IMG/VR virus record: IMGVR_UViG_3300005512_000259
Span: 1 to 28,027 of that record
Reading direction: 5' to 3' (one strand)
Source: a virus
Lineage: Duplodnaviria > Caudoviricetes
Length of the DNA stretch: 28,027 nucleotides
Shown here: piece by piece, positions 11,301 to 17,518 of the stretch
Layout: each line of letters starts with the position of its first letter
How positions within the stretch are numbered: position 1 is the stretch's first letter
Notes under the pieces: generated by a model
What the model saw: the letters and a program-made list of their open reading frames with translations, nothing else
Databases searched by the model: none
Told to the model about the DNA's origin: nothing
Position numbers and translations under genes: made by a program

Positions 11301-14300
11301 TTACATTTCCGGAAAGATATAGATCTTTTGCCACCATCAGCCCGGTGGACGGGTCCATAAATGCAATGCCGCGGCTAACCAGATCAGTTTTTACCTTGTC
11401 AAGATTTTGTTCACCAATCAGAGATGCGATATAGTCGGCTTTTATCCCTCCCCGATAAACCATGGAGAGATTTGCAGCATCGTCGATATCTTTTGCCGTT
11501 GTGGGCTCGATAAACGGGTATATGGTCCGGGTGGTAAAGATGGGCGCCTTGTTGAATTTTCCTTTTACATCATCATCTTCGATTTCCAGGGCGTCAACAA
11601 CCGCAAAGTCATTGTCGACCTTCCGAATATATGAATTGGTGGTATCCCCGAAGTATTTATGCTTTTTAACAAAATTATCATAGAGGACATTCAGCTTTGC
11701 CTGCAGCGCCTGTATCTCTTCATCGGTGGCATCGATGGCGGCCATCCGGTCAAAAAGGGTTGTGGTCAGATCTCGGACCTTCAGGTATTGCTCCAACCGT
11801 TTCAACTTGACGCCGGTTACTTTCTGCACCTTCCCGGTGGAGCTAAGATAATGGGGCTCAACCATTCGGCCGTTTTCGATCAAATAGACCTTTCCATCAT
11901 ACTTGGTTAACGTTCCCTCTTTGGCATCCAGTGCAGCAAATCGGACCGGTTCCAGCTTTGAAAGATCGGACCCCTCACCGGCAACATCTTCCGGAAAACT
12001 CTCGATCGCCTTTGAAAGTTTTTCGTCAAGATCACCAGCTGGTTCAACCGTGTAGGTGTTATCGGCATACATGGTGCCTTTCATGGAGTGTTTCCCGAGC
12101 ACCATTTCCGGATTTTTAATAAAGTATTCGTTTACACTGTATAATTTCTGGTATTCGGTCAGTAATTCATCGGCCTTCTCTTTGGCCTGTGCAAGTTTCT
12201 TTCGATACTCTTTCGATGCGCGTTTCGGATTGTTCTTTTTAAGATCTTCCAGCTTATCCCTGGCCGCCTGCAGTTCCTGTTCAACTTTCTGGCTCTCTTT
12301 GGTTTCGAGAATGGTGCTGATTCTAAAATCTTTCCCGGGTGATGATTTTGAATTGTCCTTTTTCCGGAACACCAGGATGTCTGTCACAACCTCTGTGCCG
12401 GCATTTTCGGCAAAAGCATTGTTCGGCAGCCGGATGGCACCGATCAGATCGGCTTGATTGCCTAAGTAATCACGCACCTTGCCGTTTGATTTGGCATCCA
12501 TGGTCCATGACGTTGTGATGGCGGCCACAATGCCGCCCGGTTTAGCGGCGGTTAAGGCCCTGGCAAAGAAATAATTATGCAGCGACCATCCGGAATAGTC
12601 CGGATGCCGCTTGTCTGTGATCGGAATGTTGGCAAAAGGAACATTTGTAATGATCAGATCCATCGAATTGTCGGTAATACCCTTTGATTTTTCGAACCGA
12701 TTCGTCTGGATATTTGCGCCCGGATAAAGTTTTTCAAGAATTCCACCGGAAATGGTATCTTTCTCGATGCCGATCAGTGAGGATTTTCCCGCCATTTTTT
12801 CCGGCATCAACCCGAAGAAGTGGCCGACACCGGCCGCAGGCTCAAGCACGGTACCGCCCTTGAAACCGAGTCGATCCACCAGGCGCCACATGGCATCTAT
12901 AACCCCCCTGGAGGTATAATGGGCATTGATGGTGGAAGCCTCGGCACTGGCCCATTCCTCCTTGGTGAGCAGGCCACCGAGATCGGGATGCAGTTTCCGG
13001 CCGTATTTCTTTTCCCACTGGAGATATTTTTTCGCGTTATCCTGCCAGAACCAATCTTCCGGAGAGTGGGTGTCTTTGTGGCGTTTCAGGTAGTTGGTGA
13101 AATCGGAGTTGAATACTTTTTGAGAAAAAGCCCCCCACCCGACATATTGGGCAAGGATTTTCTTTTCATCCGGGGATGGATTCCGGTTTTCGGATTGGAG
13201 TTTCTTTAAAAGTTGGATGGCCTTTATATTGGCCTTTATGCGGGTCTCGGGACCTTTCGGAACAAGAACATCATCGGGTTTGATAACATGGTTTTGATCT
13301 TCGGGCGCTAACTCTGATACTCGGCCGGATTCTCCCCCCACTCCCGTATCTGAAGATACAGATCCTCGGGCAGTTGATTCGGGCTCGGTTCCAGATCTGT
13401 CGGTGCCACCATGTTCATCACGACTTCCTCGATCTGGTCCGGGTTCAACCTCCCCGCTTTCTTCAGGTTCTGATACTGATCCGCCGCGTGGCCCGCCTTG
13501 TTTTTCAGTTCCAGGAACAACTTCCTTCGGCGTTTTTGAAACTTCTCCCCGGTCTCCTCCGGTTCGTGTTCCAGGAGCCAAATCAGCCGAGCTTTCCACC
13601 ACCTGCTTGCTGCCGGGCTCGCTTTCATCTGTCTTCTCCCCTTTTTGAGGTTCCTGGTTAATTGTAGGGGTTTTTTCTCCTTTTGTCAATGTTTTTGACT
13701 TCTTATCACCCGCCCATTTCATCAAATATGGCTTTACCGCAGCACCGAAACTGTCCACAACCCACTTTATGAAATCCTTCAGGCTTTTGCCGGATTCAAC
13801 AAAGCTATTAAACCCTGCATCAAAGTGGGGCTTTGCCTTTGCATAGGTGTCTTCGTCAAAGCCTCCCGGGAAGGATTTGAGGGCACCGCCGCCGAATAGG
13901 TCATAGAGACCCCTGGTGACTTCATCGAGGCCCTTGACGCCTTCTTTAGCGGCTTTTTTTAGGATATCGGATGGGGATTGTTTTATATCTTTCGGCCCCG
14001 GGGAGCCTTCTAAAATTATATCTTTATCCCGTGAGCTAAGATCCTTCCAGTCAATTTGTGATAGATACTCTGACTGGTCTCTTAATACCGTTTCCTTAAG
14101 CAGCCTCCTCCGTCCTTTTTTCCCATATTCATTCCACATTTCAGGGATGGAAAGACTTTTTATTTTTTCACCGGTGACGAGGGTTCGCTTGCCCTCTTTC
14201 TTTTCAAAACTTTCAACCTCATTTTGAGTTAAATATTTGGTTTTTTTACTACTATACAAAGATTGGGGAGATTCTGGTCCATACGTCTCGCCCCGGGGGC

Positions 14301-17300
14301 CGATTGCCCTGGCAGGCCGGTCTCTAAATTCGGTCCCGCCGACAGTTTCTAAAATATACCGCCCGTTTTCATCTTCATAAACGGTTTCGCCGTCGATGTT
14401 TTTCCCCACGGCTGACTCCACCGGAGGGGCCTTTTTCTTTGCCGCATGCGGGTCTTTCGGCACTGAGAGAGTTTCGGTTTTACCAGTGAAGGTTCTGACT
14501 TCGAATTCAACCGTTTCGGGCTCTTTTGGTTTGGCCGGTTTCTTCTCGATTGGTAGGGGTTTGCCTGTGGCATTCGTAACCGCCTCATCGAACATGGCTT
14601 CAATATCTTCCATGGATGCCGATTCGAGCTCGGCCTCGATATTGGCGGGCGCCGATTTAGGCTGTTTTTTCCGCATAAAGTCAATGACACGATCGCTCAT
14701 CATCGGAAGGGTAGCACCATCGACAACGATATTCGTAACATTCCTTTTGCCGACGATAGCCCGATCGTGCTTAACAAGATATGATCCGTTTTCCTTTGTG
14801 GTTATATTGAGATAGTCACCGGCATTATTGGTATAAACTGCCCTTCGCGGTGTACTTGTATCGTGTTTTTCCCATCCTTCCGGAAGAACATCCAGATCTA
14901 TTGGAGATTCTTCAATCAGGTTTTTTTGTTTTTTTGTCTCCGGCGCAGGTTTTTCCGTTTTTTCAACATCGTTTACGGTCGGCGACTCATCATGATACGG
15001 TTTGGTCTTCCTTTTACCATCTCCAACCCACTCCTTAAATTCCTCGATCGGCACTTCGGTGATCGCACCGAGCCCCTTCCAGCCCTTCTCGTAATTTCCA
15101 AGGTATCCCTTTCGGGCGTGGGTCTTGGCCTTGAATCCGACCAGGGTCTTATGCTCATCGAATTTACCGGTTTCAGGGTCGATCTGATCGACGATAAAAA
15201 CCTTCTTACTCTCCAAGTCGGGACCGACAATCACATCGATCTGATCACCGTCTTTACCCTCAGTCCGATTGAAATATCCATAGTGATTTTCCATTTTGAC
15301 GGACCATTTCTTGCCGCGGCTGTTTGTTCCGGATCGCCTTGACCCCTTCGGGTTTTCAATGGCGATGTCCATACCATTGATAGTGACGTGGCCCTTTTTG
15401 TAGTTGCCGGCCTCTTTTTGAGCCTGTGTCGGCTCCGGCGTGTCGTTTTCAGGCGAGGTAGCCGCCTCCTGGGCAGCCTCTTCGATATCGGTATGCGGCT
15501 GCCCAGCCGGTTCCGGTGCGGGAGGTGGCGCCCCGGGTTCGGGTCCGGTGGCAGCCGCACGCTCGGAAAAATCAAGTTCATCCCCGGTCAGCGCCCGATA
15601 TTTCGCTTTGGCCGCCGTCATAACATGTGGATGTATGTCCGGTATCTTGTCCCGGTTCTGATCAACCCACATCTTAAAACGTTCGGGGCTTTTGTATTTA
15701 CGGATGGTCCGGATCACTGCCTTGTCTTCGGCTGAAAGTTGGCCAGCGTCCATCTCAATCGGCGGCTTTTGTTCTCCCGGAAGTTTACCGCGGATCTTTT
15801 CAGCCTGCCACTGGCCGGCGCCCGTTGGCCCCACCTTGGCCGATGGCGCTGGCAACTGCCCGGGCACCGGTGCAGGCAGCTTCTTTTGGGGCGGCGCCAG
15901 TGCGTTTCTTCTCATCGGGGATACCCGGCCGGTCCCTTGTTCCCATTGACCTTCGCCCGGGGGGCCCATGGATGGAGATTCCGGGGTGACAATCCTACCA
16001 CCGGCATCGGTCGGCGGGACCACGGCCGGCAGTTGCGGTTCACCAGGGGCCGGTAGTTTTGCCTGGGGTCCGGAGACTCTTTCTTGTTGAGGATACGGCG
16101 GCCGTCGCTTGGCCACCGCGCCTGGATCCGCCGCGATAAACTCCCCGCCGGGTCCGATGATAGGTTCTTTTCCGGATTCAAATCCATAGATGGGGGGCGC
16201 CTCTGGGCGCTGTGTGATATCCAATAGATTGGGCACCGTTGCGCGTGCGGGCACGCCTGCGTGTTCGGGCATGGGTAGGGCCGGTGTCGGTTTTGGCGCA
16301 ACGGTTTGAATAGCCGGTCCGGATTCCGCCGAACGTGGTGTGTAAGTGATTTTTTTTGTTTCTTCTATCTGTTTAGGCGGAGGGCTCTCACTTTCTTTAT
16401 TTCCCCGAACAAAGGCCCCGGGCGCTCCCAATAAAAGCCCAGCAGCACCGCCAACGGCACCTTCATAAGCGCCTTGTTTGGTTGTTTTCCAAAGATCGCC
16501 AACGAACATTTTAAGCCGTTCAAGTTTCGATTTGTCTGGGTTTTTGGCAAAAAGAGAAATAAATTCATCCGGATACGCCTGCATCCATTCCGTCACACCC
16601 TCTGTACCTGCAACCCCGACCAGTCCCTTAATTTTGCTAAGGATCGGCCCCCTGGTTTTCCAAAACTTCATGGCCTTTCCAATACCGACCTGTTCAAGGG
16701 GGGCCTGGGCCAAACCGTTGACAATCCCTGCCGTAAGAGCCCTTTTGGTCTCAACGTCTTGGCTTAACAGGTCTTCATAGGTGGCGCCGGCTATCTGTTT
16801 TGTCATTTCCTCCATCGCAGCCGGAGGCCCTCCTGCCAGTGACATGAGCACCTGTGTTCCCAGCTGGGGAATGATCATGCTCACATCTTCAATAAATGAA
16901 GATGTTTCCTGAAATTTTTTATCTGGTTTTAAGCCTTCTGACTTTGCGAGCTTTTCGAGTTGTTTTGCTGCATCGGGTTGTGTATGTAGAAAACTCGGGT
17001 GGCTCCAAGGATCGAGATAAAACTGAGATCCGTGCATCCGTGCAAAGTCTTCTTCGCTGATGTCTGGAATCCCCTTTGACATTCCGGATTCGTACATCAA
17101 CCTTTGCCTCGCAATATTTTTAGCCCCCTCGAGAATTGACTTGCCGATCTGAAATGGGCTTTTGTTTGGGTCTATCCCTGGCCCGGGTTTCTGAATATCC
17201 GGAACCGGCCCGGCTTCGGTCATAAACCCGGGGTCCATAGGGATACTGGCCAACAGATTGCGCGATTGTCGGGCTCCATGTACGGATGGCGCTGGCGCGA

Positions 17301-17514
17301 CATCGCCCACTGACGGAACACCGATATGCTCTGTGATAAAGTTGGCCTTTATTCGTTCCTGATCAGCCCCCGGGAGACCGTTAAACGAGTCGTCCGCCAG
17401 GTTTTCTTTAAAATAATTGTCGAGGATCGACTGTTTACGGGTATAAGGCAGGTTCGAAAACTGGTCGTCGTTGTTCCATTTTTTAATTTCAGGTATCATC
17501 ATATCAACCACCAC
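2383..17514 (-). CDS. Giant polyvalent, DarB-like ejection-region protein (~5,040 aa): InPase + N6-adenine DNA methyltransferase + SNF2 helicase + zincin-like peptidase + EEIQSD domain + GNAT
   Basis: Uninterrupted 15.1-kb ORF in the last ejection-gene position. Motifs are listed in the domain entries. The true start may be ATG 17502, since AGGTGG lies 8 nt upstream. Confidence 0.9.
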   Translation of the reverse strand: MVVDMMIPEIKKWNNDDQFSNLPYTRKQSILDNYFKENLADDSFNGLPGADQERIKANFITEHIGVPSVGDVAPAPSVHGARQSRNLLASIPMDPGFMTEAGPVPDIQKPGPGIDPNKSPFQIGKSILEGAKNIARQRLMYESGMSKGIPDISEEDFARMHGSQFYLDPWSHPSFLHTQPDAAKQLEKLAKSEGLKPDKKFQETSSFIEDVSMIIPQLGTQVLMSLAGGPPAAMEEMTKQIAGATYEDLLSQDVETKRALTAGIVNGLAQAPLEQVGIGKAMKFWKTRGPILSKIKGLVGVAGTEGVTEWMQAYPDEFISLFAKNPDKSKLERLKMFVGDLWKTTKQGAYEGAVGGAAGLLLGAPGAFVRGNKESESPPPKQIEETKKITYTPRSAESGPAIQTVAPKPTPALPMPEHAGVPARATVPNLLDITQRPEAPPIYGFESGKEPIIGPGGEFIAADPGAVAKRRPPYPQQERVSGPQAKLPAPGEPQLPAVVPPTDAGGRIVTPESPSMGPPGEGQWEQGTGRVSPMRRNALAPPQKKLPAPVPGQLPAPSAKVGPTGAGQWQAEKIRGKLPGEQKPPIEMDAGQLSAEDKAVIRTIRKYKSPERFKMWVDQNRDKIPDIHPHVMTAAKAKYRALTGDELDFSERAAATGPEPGAPPPAPEPAGQPHTDIEEAAQEAATSPENDTPEPTQAQKEAGNYKKGHVTINGMDIAIENPKGSRRSGTNSRGKKWSVKMENHYGYFNRTEGKDGDQIDVIVGPDLESKKVFIVDQIDPETGKFDEHKTLVGFKAKTHARKGYLGNYEKGWKGLGAITEVPIEEFKEWVGDGKRKTKPYHDESPTVNDVEKTEKPAPETKKQKNLIEESPIDLDVLPEGWEKHDTSTPRRAVYTNNAGDYLNITTKENGSYLVKHDRAIVGKRNVTNIVVDGATLPMMSDRVIDFMRKKQPKSAPANIEAELESASMEDIEAMFDEAVTNATGKPLPIEKKPAKPKEPETVEFEVRTFTGKTETLSVPKDPHAAKKKAPPVESAVGKNIDGETVYEDENGRYILETVGGTEFRDRPARAIGPRGETYGPESPQSLYSSKKTKYLTQNEVESFEKKEGKRTLVTGEKIKSLSIPEMWNEYGKKGRRRLLKETVLRDQSEYLSQIDWKDLSSRDKDIILEGSPGPKDIKQSPSDILKKAAKEGVKGLDEVTRGLYDLFGGGALKSFPGGFDEDTYAKAKPHFDAGFNSFVESGKSLKDFIKWVVDSFGAAVKPYLMKWAGDKKSKTLTKGEKTPTINQEPQKGEKTDESEPGSKQVVESSADLAPGTRTGGDRGEVSKTPKEVVPGTEKQGGPRGGSVSEPEESGEVEPGPDRGSRDEHGGTDRSGTEPESTARGSVSSDTGVGGESGRVSELAPEDQNHVIKPDDVLVPKGPETRIKANIKAIQLLKKLQSENRNPSPDEKKILAQYVGWGAFSQKVFNSDFTNYLKRHKDTHSPEDWFWQDNAKKYLQWEKKYGRKLHPDLGGLLTKEEWASAEASTINAHYTSRGVIDAMWRLVDRLGFKGGTVLEPAAGVGHFFGLMPEKMAGKSSLIGIEKDTISGGILEKLYPGANIQTNRFEKSKGITDNSMDLIITNVPFANIPITDKRHPDYSGWSLHNYFFARALTAAKPGGIVAAITTSWTMDAKSNGKVRDYLGNQADLIGAIRLPNNAFAENAGTEVVTDILVFRKKDNSKSSPGKDFRISTILETKESQKVEQELQAARDKLEDLKKNNPKRASKEYRKKLAQAKEKADELLTEYQKLYSVNEYFIKNPEMVLGKHSMKGTMYADNTYTVEPAGDLDEKLSKAIESFPEDVAGEGSDLSKLEPVRFAALDAKEGTLTKYDGKVYLIENGRMVEPHYLSSTGKVQKVTGVKLKRLEQYLKVRDLTTTLFDRMAAIDATDEEIQALQAKLNVLYDNFVKKHKYFGDTTNSYIRKVDNDFAVVDALEIEDDDVKGKFNKAPIFTTRTIYPFIEPTTAKDIDDAANLSMVYRGGIKADYIASLIGEQNLDKVKTDLVSRGIAFMDPSTGLMVAKDLYLSGNVKKKLIAAKLAAEENPTYKKNIKALEAVVPEDMDIAFVEFRLGSSWLPPDSIKDFIKDVLDVDANVEYASNDTTSRWGLDVTGNALSVKNRETFGTDNYSGTELIEHALNMRRAKVMVTERDLLGTRTYEDKDASKENNLKIQEINTEFVTWAKTHETWAQKIQDTYNEEKNGHVLRRHTAPVFRDADGNETHHFPNASAAITLREHQRIAVSRALQESVLLAYGVGTGKTFIYITTAMEMRRIGTAKKPLIVVHNQTIDQYRKSFKILYPGAKVLIPNSQQRSSRMRKRTLVSMATGDWDAIVLPQSFFDGIANDPEREQAFVEEMIDMIDEQIADAEAEEGRNSFTVKDLVKLKERKRQKLEALLDRRKDEAVLFEQMGIDALLIDEVHAYKRSEFYTKLNKVKGIDSGSSQRSTSLILKSEFVRSKTGGKNIITATGTPISNTMAELWTMLRYVRPDLLEEYGVPLFDDFAGAFGDVIEGTEETASGFKLVERFARYVNGPELLTMFYTGADVRLTKDANLNLPKMKGGKPEVVISEKSPELTEYIKDIIAQWKAWERLTGREKMKQRHVPLVLYGRAKKAAIDLRLIDPDYYKDDPSSKLNKAAENIKRVYKESAENRSTQIVFLDIFQDSAKGPKFNAHKDLKEKLIKTGIPAKEIELFSSAGNNEKKQAQMKDRIRSGESRVIIGSSAKLGVGVDIANKMIAAHHLNVPDRPMDIEQRDGRIIRQGNENEEVQIFHYCTKDTLDSVMFGRLLKKQRYADQVLTGDIDGRNFNDPFSEEQASFAEFAAASSGEAGKLLFEKNELLANENKYKVAQQAHIRRISNARAKVREIPNDIDGLKERMKGEEKLKADIEKAFPELSLQEVEFEGKKLQKKDFLEKLTKRIETLKAQWKEKYEGMAFGDYRKIVVEMQENGQVSQFSDNVEETIQARANGNVITLSFRANTTWNKQDKPSTKIQFAEDWDGNKQVFRAVDIDFSINGKFLAHRQSKAGRVRNNFTRNFNDVLKETVKRPDFTKESIAKAEGELAEFEKISKEKFKYKKELAEAQRRIADIDRELVSLSNEETADIPAAEETLSREQADKNRVKMLNRLIDKIAGMAASESGNKNQNSLKKFHAKELRSILKFSGGTVSDYFEKAEEYFAQWDDELKDQISYVAESDAWQTLKDDYLKKEHLLDYPRLIGGHPAYMKRKPSYSGSLIADALYREFSPVINKWKNAPNIKIFQRQSDLPSRILAEAGKDDIIDGAYYNGTVHLVADNLASTEKAMEALFHESIGHYGFRGLFEGSPELARKYRNVLGQVGRAKPDEVKAIAKEYGLDLDIEDDRLLAAEEYISMQASKGEKSLFIDRIIRLIREFLRKLGMNLKLADAEIRAWIADAKRFVEKAPKVSRKGAVEPAPAFSSWEKADRWYSQMRSVLDQKLPNRAQPAQMKQVIGNFAKKGQFKAEELEWSGLNEWLDVQSGKVSKQAVLDYLDQNNLRVEEVEKGSAPSGKSSFEMVEERLPGYRLMDDADAEMAISGEPLPYYVVNADGEPTTDYYSDPHDAATEAFENVGESMEDPETGAKFAQWQLPGGENYRELLITMAPERNIGAEIRDKAEEQLKPLGEKIRNREKLSDAEEAEYERLTQIVLTTPYRSVSERLRNAYTSTHFDEPNILAHVRFNDRTGPDGEKVLFLEEIQSDWHQTGRKKGYKQPGTFTREESQAYQDDIYNRFDRGEIDRDQRNAELELLSEMREKGFQGVPNAPWKKTWPLKAFQRMVRYAAENGYDSIAWTPGEVQADRYDLSKQVDSIVSEELDPGIYGIAIFKDGKELDTMSVEKDKLADTVGKDLAEKIINATGEQEWKGEDLKVGGYGIRAFYDKILPAEVNKFFNKKQWGKARVGSVEIQAQDYSQPEDFPYAVIDASALGMPGEPEALVDNFASRQDAQEYIDENLDDAGEYKIEYRGKQKVSAHRLPITPEMKSKALREGMPLFSYAGKKARTADLPEIKAIESKGKGGVTRLAYRDVNGKRVGSARLMGHTIGDFEVGKPYRRQGYGQAILADLRARGGKVAYAGSTEGARAMRRAGMKESAGGRYVFDNADRPAFSKRQDIPGPVEDRVIDSANKNRLGVIPKRSMKKFIRKQTGQTVTMRDIDMAEDKALKIKLRAMQTAARKAYQTGKKLGTYDEHLKMQDKIDVIKEREKLRKLRDKLRKYIMKRIPDSIDYWYREAIEILQEEVDPKRKDITKEMKRKRTLQYIQTLPAGQRPHIGYYTSLIDAIKNKPFTSYTVDELEAVAAHVKYLKDEGKKARIMQKRFEAKNREYVVKQLVDTILDGKELKERTGPPKTALPKRIKEGERANSLTPQRIFDRLDHNQNFSGPNFRVFYRTVNSATRDELKKEAKRFEAGLKKLEDLGIKATELVKTQKIGGRKFTHDEMIKVYIGWQNPKAQKALEWGDKITEELHDQVVEALPEKYRKLGDWIINEYERNYGRLRYAVIDVFNKDMGYEIAYSPMRRMEKTYATLEEEFSDELLQRSHYGKAGVGSGFRIDRKNVPDQYQKPILQGAFTEWQDAVIKQERFIHFGKLVKQLSSYVHHSDFEESVYQEFSADYFKAIDRYVKRIANPQVYRSFGTVESAVSFLRQNRAIAYLSYNLLTVAKQAPSYFLHLRDAGPMHLMGATGQFIAHPVETTEFVFEHNPEIQYTTIERELAEFKRTNPTLYDRVIRRIGKEGMKLIPVVDRVVKSIGWKAVYDKHVDRLGHDAAVDLASEAINRTQPMFRMKDVADIFASSEFLNLLNQFGNQLNKIYNIATYDLPADISKARAWKALLTVIGLSLSSLGIWALSNRRIPKTKEDIYAALSDQAINSIPLFGRAINAWRHGWDYDIPPFDAGKDLFKTGADLTKQIRRHGPAAGAVKAIEKNADKMLESVDLLLGLPYIGPKRVYETIDKKNVMELLGPKKGPKETGKRRGPRMPKAPRAHRAHQF
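5050..5310 (-). other. GNAT acetyltransferase-like domain within the giant protein
   Basis: IGDFEVGKPYRRQGYGQAIL matches the acetyl-CoA-binding motif A (V..xxRxxGxG), followed by 'STEGARAMRRAG'. Confidence 0.7.
5365..7065 (-). other. 'EEIQSD' domain of unknown function within the giant protein (possible nuclease-like fold)
   Basis: Motif-like blocks WYSQM, KAEELEWSGL, LPGGENYRELL, HFDEPNILAHVRFNDR, VLFLEEIQSDWHQ (EEIQSDW at 6241-6261), AAENGYDSIAWTPG, FYDKILP and LPITPEMK, separated by variable-looking inserts. Confidence 0.55.
7150..7650 (-). other. Zincin-like metallopeptidase (MPTase-type) domain within the giant protein
   Basis: DGAYYNGTVHLVADNL...LFHESIGHYG (HExxxH variant, 7459-7476)...AAEEY, the pattern of polyvalent-protein peptidase domains. 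Confidence 0.7.
8990..10700 (-). other. SNF2/SWI2-type SF2 helicase/translocase domains within the giant protein
   Basis: Q motif LREHQ, Walker A YGVGTGKT (~10613-10636), Walker B IDEVH (~10132-10146), motif III ATGTP, motif V LGVGVDI and motif VI QRDGRIIRQGN. Confidence 0.92.
12360..13295 (-). other. N6-adenine DNA methyltransferase domain within the giant protein
   Basis: RIKANIKAI...YVGWG...NAHYT, SAM motif I VLEPAAGVGHF (~12820-12850), catalytic motif IV NVPF (12634-12645), then GAIRLPNNAF...TEVVTDILVFRK. Confidence 0.92.
14995..15435 (-). other. Inorganic pyrophosphatase-like (InPase) domain within the giant protein
   Basis: PTQAQKEAGNYKKGH...IENPKGS.RSG...HYGY...GKDGDQIDV...DQ...FDEHK..GF; the YG and DGDxxD motifs resemble family I PPases. 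Confidence 0.88.
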
Positions 17515-17518
17515 CTAT

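Noticed and set aside
2383-17514. Virion RNA polymerase (N4- or crAss-type) or intein as the explanation for the giant ORF
   Set aside because: I saw no RNAP catalytic motif in a suitable context and no intein splice-junction or LAGLIDADG motifs; the length is explained by other domains. A divergent domain in the last ~850 aa cannot be excluded without HMM searches.
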